Notes: generated from the letters alone by a model not told the origin. A stretch of 64,000 nt of DNA from Octopus sinensis (GCF_006345805.1 NC_043000.1:49910001-49974000), one strand, 5' to 3'; counted from the stretch's first letter, positions 1 to 14,478 are shown. A program made the numbers and translations.

Positions 1-35
1 TTAGTTCATAACTAGCCTTTCATATGTGTGTGTGT

Positions 36-73
<38 letters not shown>

Positions 74-1814
74 AGGGAGAAAGAGTGTGTGTGTATGCAT
101 ACACGTTGTGTTTATGTCTTTGTATGCGTAGCTTAGTGAATGATTGACTAATGACTACATATGCTTATTAAGTGGTATTATTGAGATAATAGATATTTGG
201 AAATGTAATAAAGCTCAGAAGATAATGACTACTTTGTGTCTATTGTATATTGAAATAGATTGATCTACAATACCTATTCACATCAGCATCTTTAAAATTT
301 ACTCCCAAGAGTGTTGTACAGTGATAGATACAGTTGTAAATATTAGAAAAATGTCTTTTAATATGTAAATAATAAATAAATAAAGATAATTACTGAATGA
401 TAATGCACTGACAATGAATCACAAAGGTATTTTAAATCCAATTTATTGTCTCTAACAAGTGTAGTTTTTATCCTCATAAGACACTTTGAGAAATTATATG
501 AAATACTCGTTTATTATTTGTATATTCATCCACTGTCTTACAAACAAGGCTACAGTAGTTATATCATGTACACACATGCATTAACTGAAACTGTAAATTA
601 TTTCCTGATAAATGAAATATTTAGATATGTTGTGGCTTTCACAGAATCATTTACATTTAAAGGAAAAGTTTCTGATAAAAATTACATCCAGAAGATGTAG
701 CAAAATAATAAAGCAAAAAAATGGCATTTACATCAGATAAATATGTTAAATGTGTTTATGATCAAATTAAAGAGCAAATTTCATAATTTGTTTTACATTC
801 TGTATTTTTGAGTTGAGTCAATGTTCTCTCTTGAATAAACTGATTTATATACTAACAGAAAGTGAATAAAGCAGTGTTTGATGTGTGTTTAACAGTTTAT
901 TTGAACACAACTTTGATCTAAAATACATTTTCATTATTCTAGTGAAATTATCTTTGAACTGTTAAATCATTGTTAGATGACCCTGAAGAATTAATAATAT
1001 TTCATAAGAAAGCCATTTTAGCTGTCAAATTACCTTCAAGGGTCTTTTTATTTGATGTTCCTCTGTAGTTTCTTATTCTGAGTTTACTGTATTTGTGTAG
1101 AAATAAAGAAAAAAAGGACTTGCCAATGTAATCTATGCTCATAGGAATATTTTGTGAGCATGAACATTAATAAATTCATATTGAAATTTAATTGACTCAA
1201 ATTTCTTATTTCTGGTAATTTTTCTTAATTTATTCTGGCCAGTATGGATAATTAAGACCTGCACAGTTTAAAAATCACTGATGTCAAATCATTACAAGTA
1301 ACATATGCTCTGGACCCTAGTAAAATTTCACATAAAAATCAATGAAGTATTTTTTATTAATTATTAATATTATTAATTTTTTTAAAATTATGAGTTACAA
1401 TTGATAATTAAAAATGAAGCTGCTTTTTAAAATTTTTTAATTAAACAATATTCACACACTCTTGAAAGAATGGCTAACTGAGATTGTAAAGTACCTGACG
1501 ACTATCTGAAAAATTTGCTGGTTCATGTAATACGGCTAGCAATACATGCCCAAGGCCAAACATACATCTATTCAACCAACTGAATAAGCTGTTAGGTAAA
1601 ACTTAGAGACCCAGTCAGCACAAACTTTACAATAGATTTGACTCAGCTGTCATACTGAGTACCCTCACAACATCAGTAAATATTCAGTACTTATTCTTAA
1701 ACAAGCTTTTAACACTTAAACTTAGGATATGAAGCAATAAGAAATGTTGTTATACATTTTGTTTTGTGTGATAGCAATTCCACCAGCTCACCATCTTAGA
1801 TGGAAAAAAAAAGA

Positions 1815-2270
1815 TTTTATTTAGTACGACATGTTTTGGCACAAGGCCAGCAATTCTAAGGGAAGAGGCAAGTCTATTACATCAACACCAGTGCTTAACT
1901 GGTACTTTATTTTGTCGAACCTGAAAGGATGAATGGTAAAGCTGATCTTGGCAGGATTAGAACTCAGAATGTAATAACTTAGAAGAAATACTACAAAACA
2001 TTTTTCCAAAGTTCTAACAATTCTGCCAGCTTGCTATCTTAAACTAGCATAAAATAATGATTTCAAATTTTCCCACAAGGTGAGCAAAATCAGGAAGGAG
2101 ATAAGTTGATTATATTAAACCCAGTGTACTGGTACTTATTCTATCGACCCCAGAGGGATGAAAGGTAAAGTCGACCTTGGAGGAATTTTGAACTCAGAAC
2201 ATAAAGACGGATGAAATGCCACTAAGCATTTTGCCCAGCACGCTACTGATTCTACCAGTTTGCCACCTGT
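1815..2270 (-). mobile_element. Two adjacent copies of SINE family B
   Basis: Both match the better-preserved copy at 30795-31025 (core GACTTTGCCTTTCATCCTTTCGGGGTCGAT...AAGTACCAG). Confidence 0.8.
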
Positions 2271-2779
2271 ATAATAATAATAATAATCCTTACTACTATA
2301 GTGTGCTTATAGGCTTGAAATTTTGGGAGAATAGGCTAGTTGATTTTATCAATCCAAACTAGCATAATTTAACATGCCAATGAAAATAGATTAAACAGCA
2401 GAGAGACAGTTTTACAGATAGACAAACATTTACCTTTTCATTATTAAGCAGTAGCATTACCATTAAAGTATTATAATATAGAAAGAAATAATTAAAACCA
2501 ATTATATATTACTACTTGGTTGATATAGGATTAAGGGTGAAAGATTAAATAATACAGAATGAATACCTCATATTTCATCTATAGTTCATTGTACATCTAC
2601 TCTCTATCTTTCCAAGTCCGTTACTTGCACTTAAAGCATTTTCCTAGTAAAATTTAGGTCTTAGATAACCTGTCACATACAGAGTTATGGTCATTATCTT
2701 CCATATTCAAAGACTTTCTTATAAGATATCATCAATTTAAGAAATTATCATATTGTGTGTGTGTGTGTGTGTGTGTGTG

Positions 2780-3090
2780 TAGGTCAAAATATGTCTACTA
2801 TTGCCTCAGGCCAACCAAATCCTTGTAAGTGGATTTGGGAGACAGAAACTGAAAAAAACGGAGAGCTGGCAGAAATGTTAGCACGCCAGGTGAAATGTTT
2901 AGCAGTATTTTGTCTGCCGTTATGTTCTGAGTTCAAATTCCACCAAGGTCGATTTTGCTTTTCATCCTTTCGGGTCCAATAAATTAAGTACAAGTTTCAC
3001 ACTGGGGGTCAATGCAATCGACTTAATCCCTTTGTCTGTCCTTGTTTGTCCCCTGTATGTTTTGCCTCTTGTGGGGCAATAAAGAAATAA
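2780..3090 (+). mobile_element. Composite SINE: family A fragment followed by a family B copy
   Basis: CTACTATTGCCTCAGGCCAACCAAATCCTTGTAAGTGGATTTGG is followed by GAGCTGGCAGAAATGTTAGCACGCCAGG...GGGCAATAAAGAAATAAG. Confidence 0.75.
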
Positions 3091-3096
3091 GAACCC

Positions 3097-3130
<34 letters not shown>

Positions 3131-3135
<5 letters not shown>

Positions 3136-3364
3136 ATGTTAGATCGTTAGCTCCTACACGCATTTTTTTTCTCTCCTTGTTTCTCTCCTTGTTTCTCTCC
3201 TTGTTTCTCTCCTTGTTTCTTTTCTGTGTATCTTTCTGTCGAAGAGTGTAGGCTCGAAATGTAAAAGACTTGTTTTATTTCTATTCCTGAGCACCATACT
3301 AATACAATTGTTTGTTTGTACTCCACCTGCCTTCATCTTTTGTTTATTTTCGTAAAACTTCCGG

Positions 3365-3368
<4 letters not shown>
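3131..3368 (+). mobile_element. PLE pseudo-LTR-like fragment with a hammerhead-like motif
   Basis: Flanked on both sides by (TA)n. Contains four 12-nt TTTCTCTCCTTG units and the motif TCTTT-CTGTCGA-A-GAGT/GTAG/GCTC-GAAATGTA-AAAGA. A related partial copy lies at 57566-57640 on the opposite strand. Confidence 0.6.
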
Positions 3369-3414
<46 letters not shown>

Positions 3415-4237
3415 TAATGGAGAAATTATACAAAATGTATAAGTGGATGAGGAGTAAAGCACCAGCACAGTTTTGATTACCTGTTATTAACCGTAGATTG
3501 CAGGAACTTTTCGCATTTCAACATTTCCCTGGTTTTTACTCATTCCCAAAGTTAATGGACATTTAGCGATATGTAAAACCAAATCTCGAGTGAAACTTTT
3601 TATTATTTTTATTTATTTATGTATCCTAAGAGACCCAGAATGGGTCGAAATTTGTGTCGTACTAAATAAAATCTTTTTTTTCCATCTATTTTATTAATAC
3701 TATATATATATATGAGAATTAAGGCACTAGCCAGAATCCAACATCATGATTCAGGTATATCTGTTACATCATTCTACAGCATTTTAGCTGAGATAGTATG
3801 TTAAATACTACTTGTTTGCCCAATTTCTGTTGGTCCATTCCATATCTTCAATGATATTGGTGGACAAGTTTGGGGTTTTTGACTCCACTCTCTAGAGAGC
3901 TGGTACATCATGTACCCTCTATTATAATTACGAATTTATTATATATATATATATATATAAATATGTGTGTGTGTGTGTGTGTATGTGTGTGTATATAAAT
4001 ATATAAAATATATATACATGTCTATGTGTGTGTGTCTTTGTGTCTTTGTGTCTGTGTTTGTCCTCCCATGACTGCTTAACAACTGATGTTGGTGTGTTTA
4101 ATGAGACCAATACAAGTACTAGGCTTTAAAAAATAAGTCCTGGGGTCAATTTGTTTCACTAAAACCCTTCAAGGTGGTGCTCCAGCATGGCCATAGTCAA
4201 ATGACAGAAACAAGTGAAAGAATACATCTAATATTAC

Positions 4238-4279
<42 letters not shown>

Positions 4280-4298
4280 GAGTGTATTTTTCCCTTGT

Positions 4299-4356
<58 letters not shown>

Positions 4357-5099
4357 CATACATACACACACACACAGACACACATACATGACAGGCCTCC
4401 TACTACTACATGTCACTCAGCAACCTTTTGTTTACTAGAGGTTATGCAGCAGGAGATGCTTACAGAAGGTACCATGTAGTGGAATCAAATCTGGAACCCC
4501 TTGGCTTCACAGCAAACTTTTTAATCATAGTGCCATATTGGTCTGTATTCATTAAAAAAAAAAAGAAACAGGTATTACTATAGTAATGAAACCTCATCTG
4601 TTTTGTTCCAGCTGCCCATGTTAATTTGGTCTTTATTGCTTAGTCAAAGGAACAAGAACAATGCATTTGACCAAAACCAAGAAACAGCTGAAGTCTGCAA
4701 CCAAAAATCTACCACAATTAGACTGAAAGCAAACATTTCTCTAAAGTAAATAGAGACTGAATTATTGACATAATAAACATAGTTATAAAATTATTAGATA
4801 ATTTATATTTAAAACACAGGTTAAGGATATGAAGAAAAGGTTAGAATTTCATGAAACATAATACTAAAAAAATCTCATGAGATCAAAATTAAAGGAACTG
4901 TAGAATTCTGTTTTCATGAAAGGATAAAATGAACAAAAACAATAAATAAATAGTAATAAATAAGAATATAACTTTATAGAGTAACAAAAATAAAATGTAT
5001 ATATAAATAAATAAATATGACAAGTCAAGTTTCAGTAAAATTATAATAAACTAAATTTCAGTAAATTTATAATAAACAAAATTTTTGAATATATATTAG

Positions 5100-5455
5100 A
5101 TATGCTGTGTGGTAAAAAGTTCACTTCCCAACCATATGATCCCTGGTTCAGTTCCACTGTGTTCCACCTTTGGCAAGTGTCTTCTACTATACCCTAAGGC
5201 TGACCAAAACCTTGTGTGGGAATTTGCTAGATGGAAACTGAGAGAAGCTTGTCATATGTGTGTGCATTTGTTTTTGCTTTTGTGTCTGTATCTGTTCCCC
5301 ACTACTGCTTGACAAATAGTAGTGGTTTGTTTATATCCCAGTAACTTAGCAGTTCAGTGGAAGAGAATGATAAAATAAGTACCAAATTTAAAATACAATA
5401 AGTACTGAGGTCCCATCATGGCTGCTGTTCAATGACTGAAACAAGTAAAAGATAA
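5100..5455 (+). mobile_element. tRNA-derived SINE family A (CORE-like)
   Basis: A-box/B-box-like head (GCTGTGTGGTAAAAAG...GGTTCAGTTCC), CORE-like CACCTTTGGCAAGTGTCTTCTACTATA and tail GACTGAAACAAGTAAAAGA. Confidence 0.8.
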
Positions 5456-5679
5456 GATAAATTAAATTTTTTTCACCCATATTTCAATGAGACTAAATTT
5501 ACCAAGTATATTTTTCATTTTTTATATAATTTTGAAAATAAATGAATTAACAACTAAAGAAAAGGATAACATCAATAACATAAGCACATATAAGTGTTCC
5601 TTTACATACAAAACTCATGTGAAACTCATAGTAGAACACTGCTCTCACATAGAGAATGGTAATATTACTAATAGGCAGA

Positions 5680-6120
5680 CGGGGGCAAGCTGGCAGAATC
5701 GTTTGCATGCCAGGGGGAATCCTGAGCAGCATTACATCTGTCTTTACGTTCAGAGTTCAAATTCCATCAAAGTCAACTTTGTCTTTCATCCCTTCAGGGT
5801 CGATTATATAAGTACCAGTAAAACAATGGGGTTGATGTAATAGACTTATCCCTTCCTTAAAATCGCTGGCCTTGCACCAAAATTAGAAACCAATATTACT
5901 ACTGGGGTAAAATGTGTCAGAATCATTACCATGCCAGACAAAATACTTCCATCTCCATTTCTTCTAGCTCTGAGTTTAAATGCCACCAAGATCAACTTTA
6001 CCTTTTATCTTTTGTAGTAGATAAAATAAAATTCTAGGCAAAACTGGGGTCAGTGTAATCAGCTTCCTCTTCCCCTTGAAATTGCAGGCCTTTTGTCAAT
6101 ATTTAGAAAGAATATTACTA
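5680..6120 (+). mobile_element. Two tandem diverged SINE family B copies
   Basis: Similar to 30795-31025. Confidence 0.7.
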
Positions 6121-7212
6121 CTACACATACAGACATTTTCTCTAGACTTCACCAAAAATATAAAAGCCACCCATATAACTGGCATGAGCTCACTTACCAG
6201 CACACTCCAGACTCTGATTGAGATTCATGCTGTCTCCTCAATTTGTCTCTTCCATTGCTACTATACAGGCTTTTGCTCCCCAGAGAAGAGTGATTCCACT
6301 TCCACTCAGACCACATCCAGCTTACTAGCCCTCCTGTTCCTTTTTACTCATATTGAGTCCACCCACTTCCCCCAAGTTCTGAACAACCACTTTCCAAATC
6401 CTTCTTCTGCAGGAATTTTGTCCTGGCCAAAGTTTGTTATGCAGTCATTGATTTGTAATTTTTTCAGATGAACATTGCAGTATCAGTTTCACCAGTTCTA
6501 CATGGCCAACAAAGGTAATAAGCACAGCCCCTTCTCACTAACTAAATTATTAAAATTAAGAAATTAACAAGAATAGACAATCAAATTAATAACTTCAGAT
6601 ATAAAAATATTTTGGTAAGAAATCTATCCAACAGATTTTAATTAAAATTAAATGAAAGTAACTATGGATAATTAGCCATGTTTTTAAAGATATAAATAAG
6701 TATCAGTATTAAAAAATTGGCTATGTTGTTAAGAAGTTCACTTCCAAACCTTATGGCTTTTGGTTCAATCCCACTGTGTGATTCCTTGGATAAGTATCTT
6801 CTGCTATAACACTAAGCCAACCAAAGTCTGTGAATTGATTTTGAAAGCAGAAATTGAAAGCAGCCTGCTGTGCATGTGTGTGTAATTGTGTGTGCATCCC
6901 TATGTGTCTGTGTAAATGTGTGAGTATATGTGTTGTTTTGACATTGCATGATAGTTATAAGCAACCATCCTCATCATTGTTAAAGGGAATTTCTAAATGG
7001 TTTGTTGACCTTTTAGAAATAGGAGCTATTTGACCTTCAATTTACACACTATCATCTTGTAAAAAAAAAACAAAAAAAAAAACAAAAGAATATACTGGAA
7101 AATGTAATGCAAGACATGGATATCTGATGTCTGAAACAAAAGAAAGGGTGGTTACAACTAGAATATCTTTGATCAGATGTCTATCTGACCAGGTATAACC
7201 CGTGGCTAAATA

Positions 7213-7335
7213 ACAACAAACACAACGCAATGCAATGCAACACAAGGCAGCACAACACATAACAATGCAATTCAGTGCAGCACAACACAATGCAATGCAA
7301 TGTAGCATAGTGCAGTGCAATACAGCACAACACAT
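7213..7335. repeat. Degenerate pentanucleotide tandem repeat (GCAAT/GCAAC/ACAAC units)
   Basis: Direct reading: CACAACGCAATGCAATGCAACACAAGGCAGCACAACAC... Confidence 0.75.
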
Positions 7336-7881
7336 ACACACACTGGATTTCACAAATATAAGCAACAAATGAAGGATGATTTAAATTCTTTTTATTACTA
7401 AATTTCTGTTAAAAACACTGCCTTTGTTTCAACTTATTTTGGAGAATAATGAAGAATAAAGTAAAATAAATTTGTCCTCAATAAAATGGTGTTTGGAAAT
7501 TAATATGATTAGCATAAATTAATATGGAATTTTGATGGAAAGTTTCAATTTAGATCACTTTAAAATAGAAAGTTTGCATCATAGAACCTGTAGTGGTCTC
7601 AGGCAGGTTGGTATCAAAAGGGTTAGAAACATTAAATTCAATCAAACTTCATACAAAGCATATGTTTTAGTAAACTCACATATAAACGAAATCATTGATA
7701 GATATAGGAGACATACATTTCATAAAGGTAGAACAATGCTCAAACATGGCCTTAGCACTGGAAGTGAAACTGAACTGAAGAATGTAGTAGAAGGCACCCA
7801 AATATTGTTAAAGAATAAAACCATAAGTTAATTTTTACATTTAAACACAAGCTTTTACATATGCATATATATATATATACA

Positions 7882-8099
7882 TCTTTTACTCTCTTTTACT
7901 TGTTTCAGTCATTTGACTGTGGCCATGCTGGAGCACTGCCTTTAGTCGAGCAAATCAACCCCAGGACTTATTCTTTCTAAGCCTAGTACTTATTCTATCA
8001 GTCCCTTTTTCCCGAACCGCTAAGTTATGGGGACATAAACACACCAGCATTGGTTGTCAAGTGACTCAGACACACATATACACACACATACATATATAT

Positions 8100-8152
<53 letters not shown>

Positions 8153-8348
8153 CATACATGTATTTATATATACATACATATATACGACGGGCTTCTTTCA
8201 GTTTCCATCTACCAAATCCACTCACAAGGCTTTGGTTGGCCAGAGGCTATAGTAGAAGACACTTGCCCAAGGTGCCACGCAGTGGGACTGAACCCAGAAC
8301 CATGTGGTTGGTAAGCAAACTACTTACCATACAGCCTCTCTTGCACCT
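7882..8348 (-). mobile_element. Near full-length SINE family A with internal (TA)n/(CA)n
   Basis: Colinear with copies at 13305, 43505, 51695 and 58505. tRNA-like head at the right end and AAGAGTAAAAG tail at the left end. Confidence 0.85.
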
Positions 8349-8710
8349 ATATATATATAAATATACATATCAGAACAAAATACCAGCTAACGTGTATATA
8401 AATACACACACACACACAAACCAATGCTGGTAAAATTACCTTACAGAATGGAACCATAAAATTTTATCAAAACTAGAAACACAAAGTAAAATAGTCATTC
8501 ATATACTTTAAACTTACACCTACACACATTATTATTATCATTATTAGTATTAGTATTATTTATTATTATTATCATTATCATCATCATCATCACCATTATT
8601 ATTATATGCCAACAAGAACCTACAAGAAAATAACATAGTGATGTTTATGCACAAATTTACAGGTTCACACATAATGTAGATTCATAGTCACACTAACCAT
8701 ACCGCAAAAC

Positions 8711-8742
<32 letters not shown>

Positions 8743-9519
8743 CTGTGTGTGTGTGGAGGTTTGTTTGTTGATAGATTAAATTCAAAATGGTAAGACATAT
8801 TTTAAAAGTTAAAACCAATCTATAAAGACAATCATTTGCAAAATACATAAAATATTTATGCATTCATACAAGTTTTTGTTGTAACAATATATTGCGTTAA
8901 AAGTCTGCTAAATAATTAATTTATTTGATGTATGGCGAATATTTTGAAGTTTTGATGTGTGTATACAAATTTAGTTTTCTTTATGCATTAAATGAATATA
9001 TAAATATAAGACTCTAAGCTTGTTACTGTTGGTTAACCATGGTTCGTCTCTGTCTGGTTGAGCAGATCAACGACCATCTCATCTACTTTGATTTTAGTAA
9101 GAACCCAGGACTACATTATCTAATGTATTCCTTTTCCTCTATCAAGACAGCAGTGTTATTTAAGGAGATTTCACTGCTATTTCTAGCAAATCAAATGACC
9201 ACGTAGGGGCTCATGCATTGGCCTGTAAGAGTTAAGGTGTACTTTTGAAGTGATTGAGGTCTTTTCAAGTTTAATGATAAAATAAGTTATCATAATAAAA
9301 ATTCAATATTAGATGTATATAAATAGAAATGGCGAGAAATGTTTTATCAAAGTATGTGTGTATACATTGTGCTGAAACATTTTAATCAATTACGACAATC
9401 TAAAATAGTTTGTTTGGTGTTTAACATACAATATTTTTGTTTGATGCACCAATTTTGTTTGTCCACACCTCACAAATATACATACACACATAATGTATGT
9501 GTGTGTATATATATATATA

Positions 9520-10192
9520 CATCATCATCATCATCATCGTTGTTTAACGTCTGCTTTCCATGCTAGCATGGGTTGGACAGTTTGACTGAGGGCTGGTGAA
9601 CCAGGTGGCTACACCAGGCTCCAGTCTTGATCTGGCAGAGTTTCTACAGCTGGATACCCTTCCTAACGCCAACCACTCCAAGAGTATAGTGGATGCTTTT
9701 ACGTGCCACTGGCATGGGAGCCAGTCAGACGGTACTGGCAACAACCTTGCTTGAATCTTTTTACACATGCCAACAGCACAGGTGCCAGTAAGGCGATGCT
9801 GGTATCGATCCCGTTCGAATGGTGCTTCTTACATGCCACCGGCACAGAAGCCAGTTAGCCGCTCTGGCAATGATCACGCTTAGATGGTGCTCTTAACATC
9901 CTACTAGCATGGGGTACAAGTGCCAGTAAGGTGAAGCTGATAATGATCACACTCGAATGGTGCCTTTTATGTGCCACTGGCATGGAAGCCAGTTAGCCGC
10001 TGTGTCAACGATCCCACTCATATGGTGCTCGTGCCCATCATCGAATTTCACTTTGATTTTGATTTCAATTTCACTTGCCTCAAAAGGTCTTCGCAAGCAG
10101 AGTTTAGTGTCCAAAGAAGGAAAAGGTACGCACAAGTGGGCTGGTTACGCCCCTGGCATAGGCCACGCAGTTATGGTCTCATTTGGCTTGCA
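9520..10192 (-). mobile_element. RTE-type LINE 3' UTR with (GAT)n tail and internal subrepeats
   Basis: The minus strand begins CAAGCCAAATGA (ORF end, QAK*) and ends ...GCAGACGTTAAACAACGATGATGATG. The middle contains repeated GTGCCAGTAAGG / GAATGGTGC units. Confidence 0.7.
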
Positions 10193-10195
10193 TAC

Positions 10196-10239
<44 letters not shown>

Positions 10240-11362
10240 GCAAGCTTCTTACCACAGTCATAATAATTTTCATTATAAATCAAAATAGCTCTGTTTTTCA
10301 AATTCATAGAATGTGGAATACTATTTAAACTTGCTTTGTATTATGTAATGTTACAACAAGCACAATTTGTACTGTTTACTTTGTTACTCTCAGAATTCTG
10401 TATATCTGATATATGTAACACACACATATATGACTATGAAGATATATTCATAGAACTCTTCTAAGCATGGAGAAATAAATATTAAATCAATACAAAAGAT
10501 GAATATCATGAAAGAAAGTGCACACACAGAAATTAATATATTTTAGTGATTTAACTGAAAGAGCTCGTAAACATTCCCAATTAGACCAATACAATGAAAT
10601 AGGGTGTGCAGATTGCTTATATACAAGATACAATACTGGTGTACTTGAAGTGATTCCGTAAATCTTGTATTAGGACATGGTGATTAAACATGATGCTGTG
10701 ATGTGAAATTAGTTTATAACATTAAAAAAAATACAAAACCTTTGATAGTGGGGAAGAAAAGAAAGTCAAAAGTCAATCCAGAATTTAGGAGCAGTTCTAA
10801 GAATTGAAAGAGTTTCTGATAGTAACATGGGTGTTGATTGCTTGTAATATCCTTGATAAAAAAAATTAAAATAATAATAATAAATCTAATCTAAGTAGAA
10901 AAATAACTAACCAAATAAAGTTTCAAAGAGGTGATTATTTTTGTTTTGTTTTTTTTCATTCTGATCTTCCTTGATCAAATGGGCTGGGTTTCTTTAAAAA
11001 ATGTTATTATGAGGGTGGGTAAAGCGAGAGAGAGAGAGAGAGAGATTACAAGAGAGTCAATAACAAAGCAGCAACAGAATCTAAGATGGGAAAACTTCTT
11101 TAGATGCAACCATGCAACCATTCAATTAATAATTGCTTAAATAGATTGCTCAAAGGTGTTGCGTGTATGTTTAAAAAGAACAGATAAACAGTACATTGTA
11201 GGAAAACTGAAAACATGAGACAAAATGAAATAGAATTATTTTTTGATAAATATATTTTCAAAAGTATTTTGAGTTCACTCAATTAAATTTGCTTTTCATA
11301 CAAGAAATTGAATTTTTTTCTCCTTTATCTACTTATTTACATATTTTATATATTGTTGTTGC

Positions 11363-11401
<39 letters not shown>

Positions 11402-11606
11402 TGTATAACACACTTTTTTTTTGTTATTTGTGTTTGAAGCAGCCGCTTAAATGTGTCAGAAACATGTTTTGTTCCTCTCATGTGTTTTAATAAGGTTTTG
11501 CCTGACAGGGTACTAGTTTACAAAATATTTATATGCATGCTATAAACAAATTTTATTAGTTATTTAAGCATATGAAAGAAATAACTCCATAAATGTTTGT
11601 ACATAC

Positions 11607-11638
<32 letters not shown>

Positions 11639-12222
11639 GTAGTTGTATGTATGTATTATGTTTGTAGGTACATGATGTTCATGGAAGCATGCATAATAGC
11701 TTTGCTGAGGGAACTTCAGTAGAATTTGATAGTGACTCCTCAAGAAATGGGTTAAATGTATTTATCAAAAGCACTGGAAATACATAGGTTATTTACAAAT
11801 ACAATGCTTCTATAAATTATGACACACACATTCTTATTTCAAAGCAGACATTATCCTCAATGGATTACTTTCTATAAAGATTAAGAAAATATATCTTTGC
11901 TTGATAAATATTATCAGGTAGAGAGAGTGAAACATAGACAATGGACAAAGAATAAATACATTTGACCTTTGGATACAATAAGTAGAGAAATGAAAGTATT
12001 GTCAAGAATTTCTCTCTATCTTTCACACCTAAATTTCTGGTTCTCTATAAGCTTGCCAGATGTTCCACTTCATCATTATATGTAGCCATTGCTTGCAACA
12101 AGTAACAACATCAATCTTCTACTTACACACTTGTTATATTAGGAACAAGGCCATTCATCAGATAACAATAGAATTTCATATTCTTGGTTACTAACTAGCT
12201 CTTTAGTTAGGAGAAATGGGTT

Positions 12223-12660
12223 TTAACCCTACAGCATTTAGATTACTTTGTCAAATGGAATGCTTATTTTTCATACAGTTTTGAATTCATCATGCATGTC
12301 TTGTAGCTTCAAGATTTCAATGATTTGAGTTATTTATTTTTAGAATGATACTGTAAGAGGCCGGATCTGGTTGGTTTGAATGTAAAAAAAATAGAACATT
12401 TTGGCCTGATATAGTCAGTTTAAATGCTTAACTCTTTCGTTATCAACCCGGCTGAAACCAGCTCTGGCTCTGTAGTACAAATGTTTTGTTTTCATGAGTT
12501 TTGCATTAAAATCTACCAAACATTAGTCACAATTTATGTTCCTAACACTAGCTGAATGATAACTAAGTTATTTTACTAAATTCTTTGTTATATTTAAAAT
12601 AATTGAAAGAAACACAGAGCATTTCAAAATAAATACAGTAACGAAAGTGTTAAGGGTTAA
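12223..12660. mobile_element. TTAA-flanked (piggyBac-type) MITE with a second MITE nested in its right end
   Basis: Outer ends are TTAA-CCCT...GGG-TTAA. The inner element 12428-12653 has TTAA-CTCTTTCGTTA...TAACGAAAGTG-TTAA. The outer element also occurs at 30004-30225. Confidence 0.75.
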
Positions 12661-13304
12661 ATTAACTATATTTATCTGTTGAAAAAATGATGTTGCTCTT
12701 TATCTTTGAGTTATCCTATAATGAGCGTGCCAGCCATGACCACACCATCTACTATGTCTTTCCCTTTTATATTTAAGGAGGATTGAAGATTTAGCTATTT
12801 TGGTTACTATTTCAAGCAACCATGTAGAAGTTCCCTTATTGGCTAGTTGTGTTACTATACCAACAAATATGATAATTATGCAAGTAACAAAATATACTGA
12901 TCTTATATCTTGTATACTGACATAAATAATATATGAACATCTATGCCTGGAGTACATAATATTTTAGACAGCAGATTGCATGTCATTTGGCTGAAACTCT
13001 AAACAAATAATTTGAATACATACAAATATCCTTACTAACTGTCAAAGATTTATCTGGAGATCAAGAAGTTGTTTTACTGGATTGTGGATATAAAATATCC
13101 AATTCTAAACCAAGAATTTTACATTAGATACTTAAACCACAATGTCATACAAGTACTAGAAGCTAGTCATTTTAACATTTCGTATTTGTATTTCACTTGC
13201 AAGGTTTTTGATGTGAATTCATTTGTTGAAACAAATTCTGTTTGTACCTTAGGAAGGTCACTACATTAATAATAAACACATGCACTGGTTTAATTTCACT
13301 TATT

Positions 13305-13685
13305 CTTTTACTCTTTAACTCTTTTACTTATTTCAGTCATTTGACTGCGGCCATGCTGGGGCACCGCCTTTAGTCGAGCAAATCGACCTCAGGACTTATT
13401 CTTTGTAAGCCTAGTACTTATTCTGTTGGTCTCTTTTGCTGAACTGCTAAGTTACAGGGACATAAACAAACTAGCATCGGTTGTCAAGCAATGTTGGTGG
13501 AGACAAACACACACATACACACACACACACCACACACACACACACATATATACGACTAGCTTCTTTTAGTTTCCATCTACCAAATCCATTCACAAGGCTT
13601 TGGTCGGCCTGAGGCTATAGTAGAAGACACTTGCCACCTAGAACTATGTGGTTATTAAGCAAGTTACTTACCATACAGCCACTCC
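13305..13685 (-). mobile_element. SINE family A
   Basis: Colinear with 7882-8348. Confidence 0.85.
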
Positions 13686-14478
13686 AGTCAATTTGTTAGT
13701 TATCTAATCAACTAACTGATTGATTGCCTGCTTAATTACTCAGTTAATCAATCAGTTGTTTGTCTTCGTCAAAGTCCTTTTACTGCCATTCACAATCAAT
13801 AACATATCCTCTTTTCTCTAAGTCTGCTTCAAATTCCTTTGTTGTCTTACTAATCGAGTTTATCTTTTAAACTTATCCTCCTGGAATTTATAAGGGAATG
13901 AGTATACATTGTCTTTCAATAATGTGTGTGTGTGTGTGTGTATACATATACAAACACATATACACACATATACATGTGTTATTGATAAAAACTGATACAC
14001 ACACACACACACACATTCATATCATTACATTTTATCACAGCAAAAGGTGAAAAAGTAACCTCAAAAGATATTGAATTCAGGAAAATATAAGCACTAAATT
14101 AATTATTAATAAGTTCTTTAAAATGTTCAACATTGGTGCTTTGAACCAATGAGGGAGGTTTTTATATTGTCACTCAACCTTCTTGATATAGCAGTAAAAT
14201 CTCCTTCAAATGGTACTTTACTGTCTTGAAAAAATAAATCATTGCACATAATGTTTGCTTGACCTGAGTTGACCTGGGGTTAAATAGCATGAACTGTGGT
14301 ATCCTAGTATTTTTGTAACAATGCTAGATTTGAAGATCTGAAAATTAAGGCATATTCTAATGTAGAAATGTATCTAATCTGCAAATGATTACTAAACTTG
14401 AAATGTATGCAGACTTGGAAACAGCTTTCTAGCACAAACACAGTCAGTTCAAAACTGAACCAGAAGGTTTCAGGGGTC

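Noticed and set aside
1494-1515. CTGACGA-CTATCT-GAAA
   Set aside because: No stem II can form and no flanking stems are present.
6468-6514. Small AG...GT-bounded segment (YQFHQFYMANK or DEHCSISF...)
   Set aside because: Too short to support, the frame is ambiguous and no compatible recognised neighbouring exon was found.
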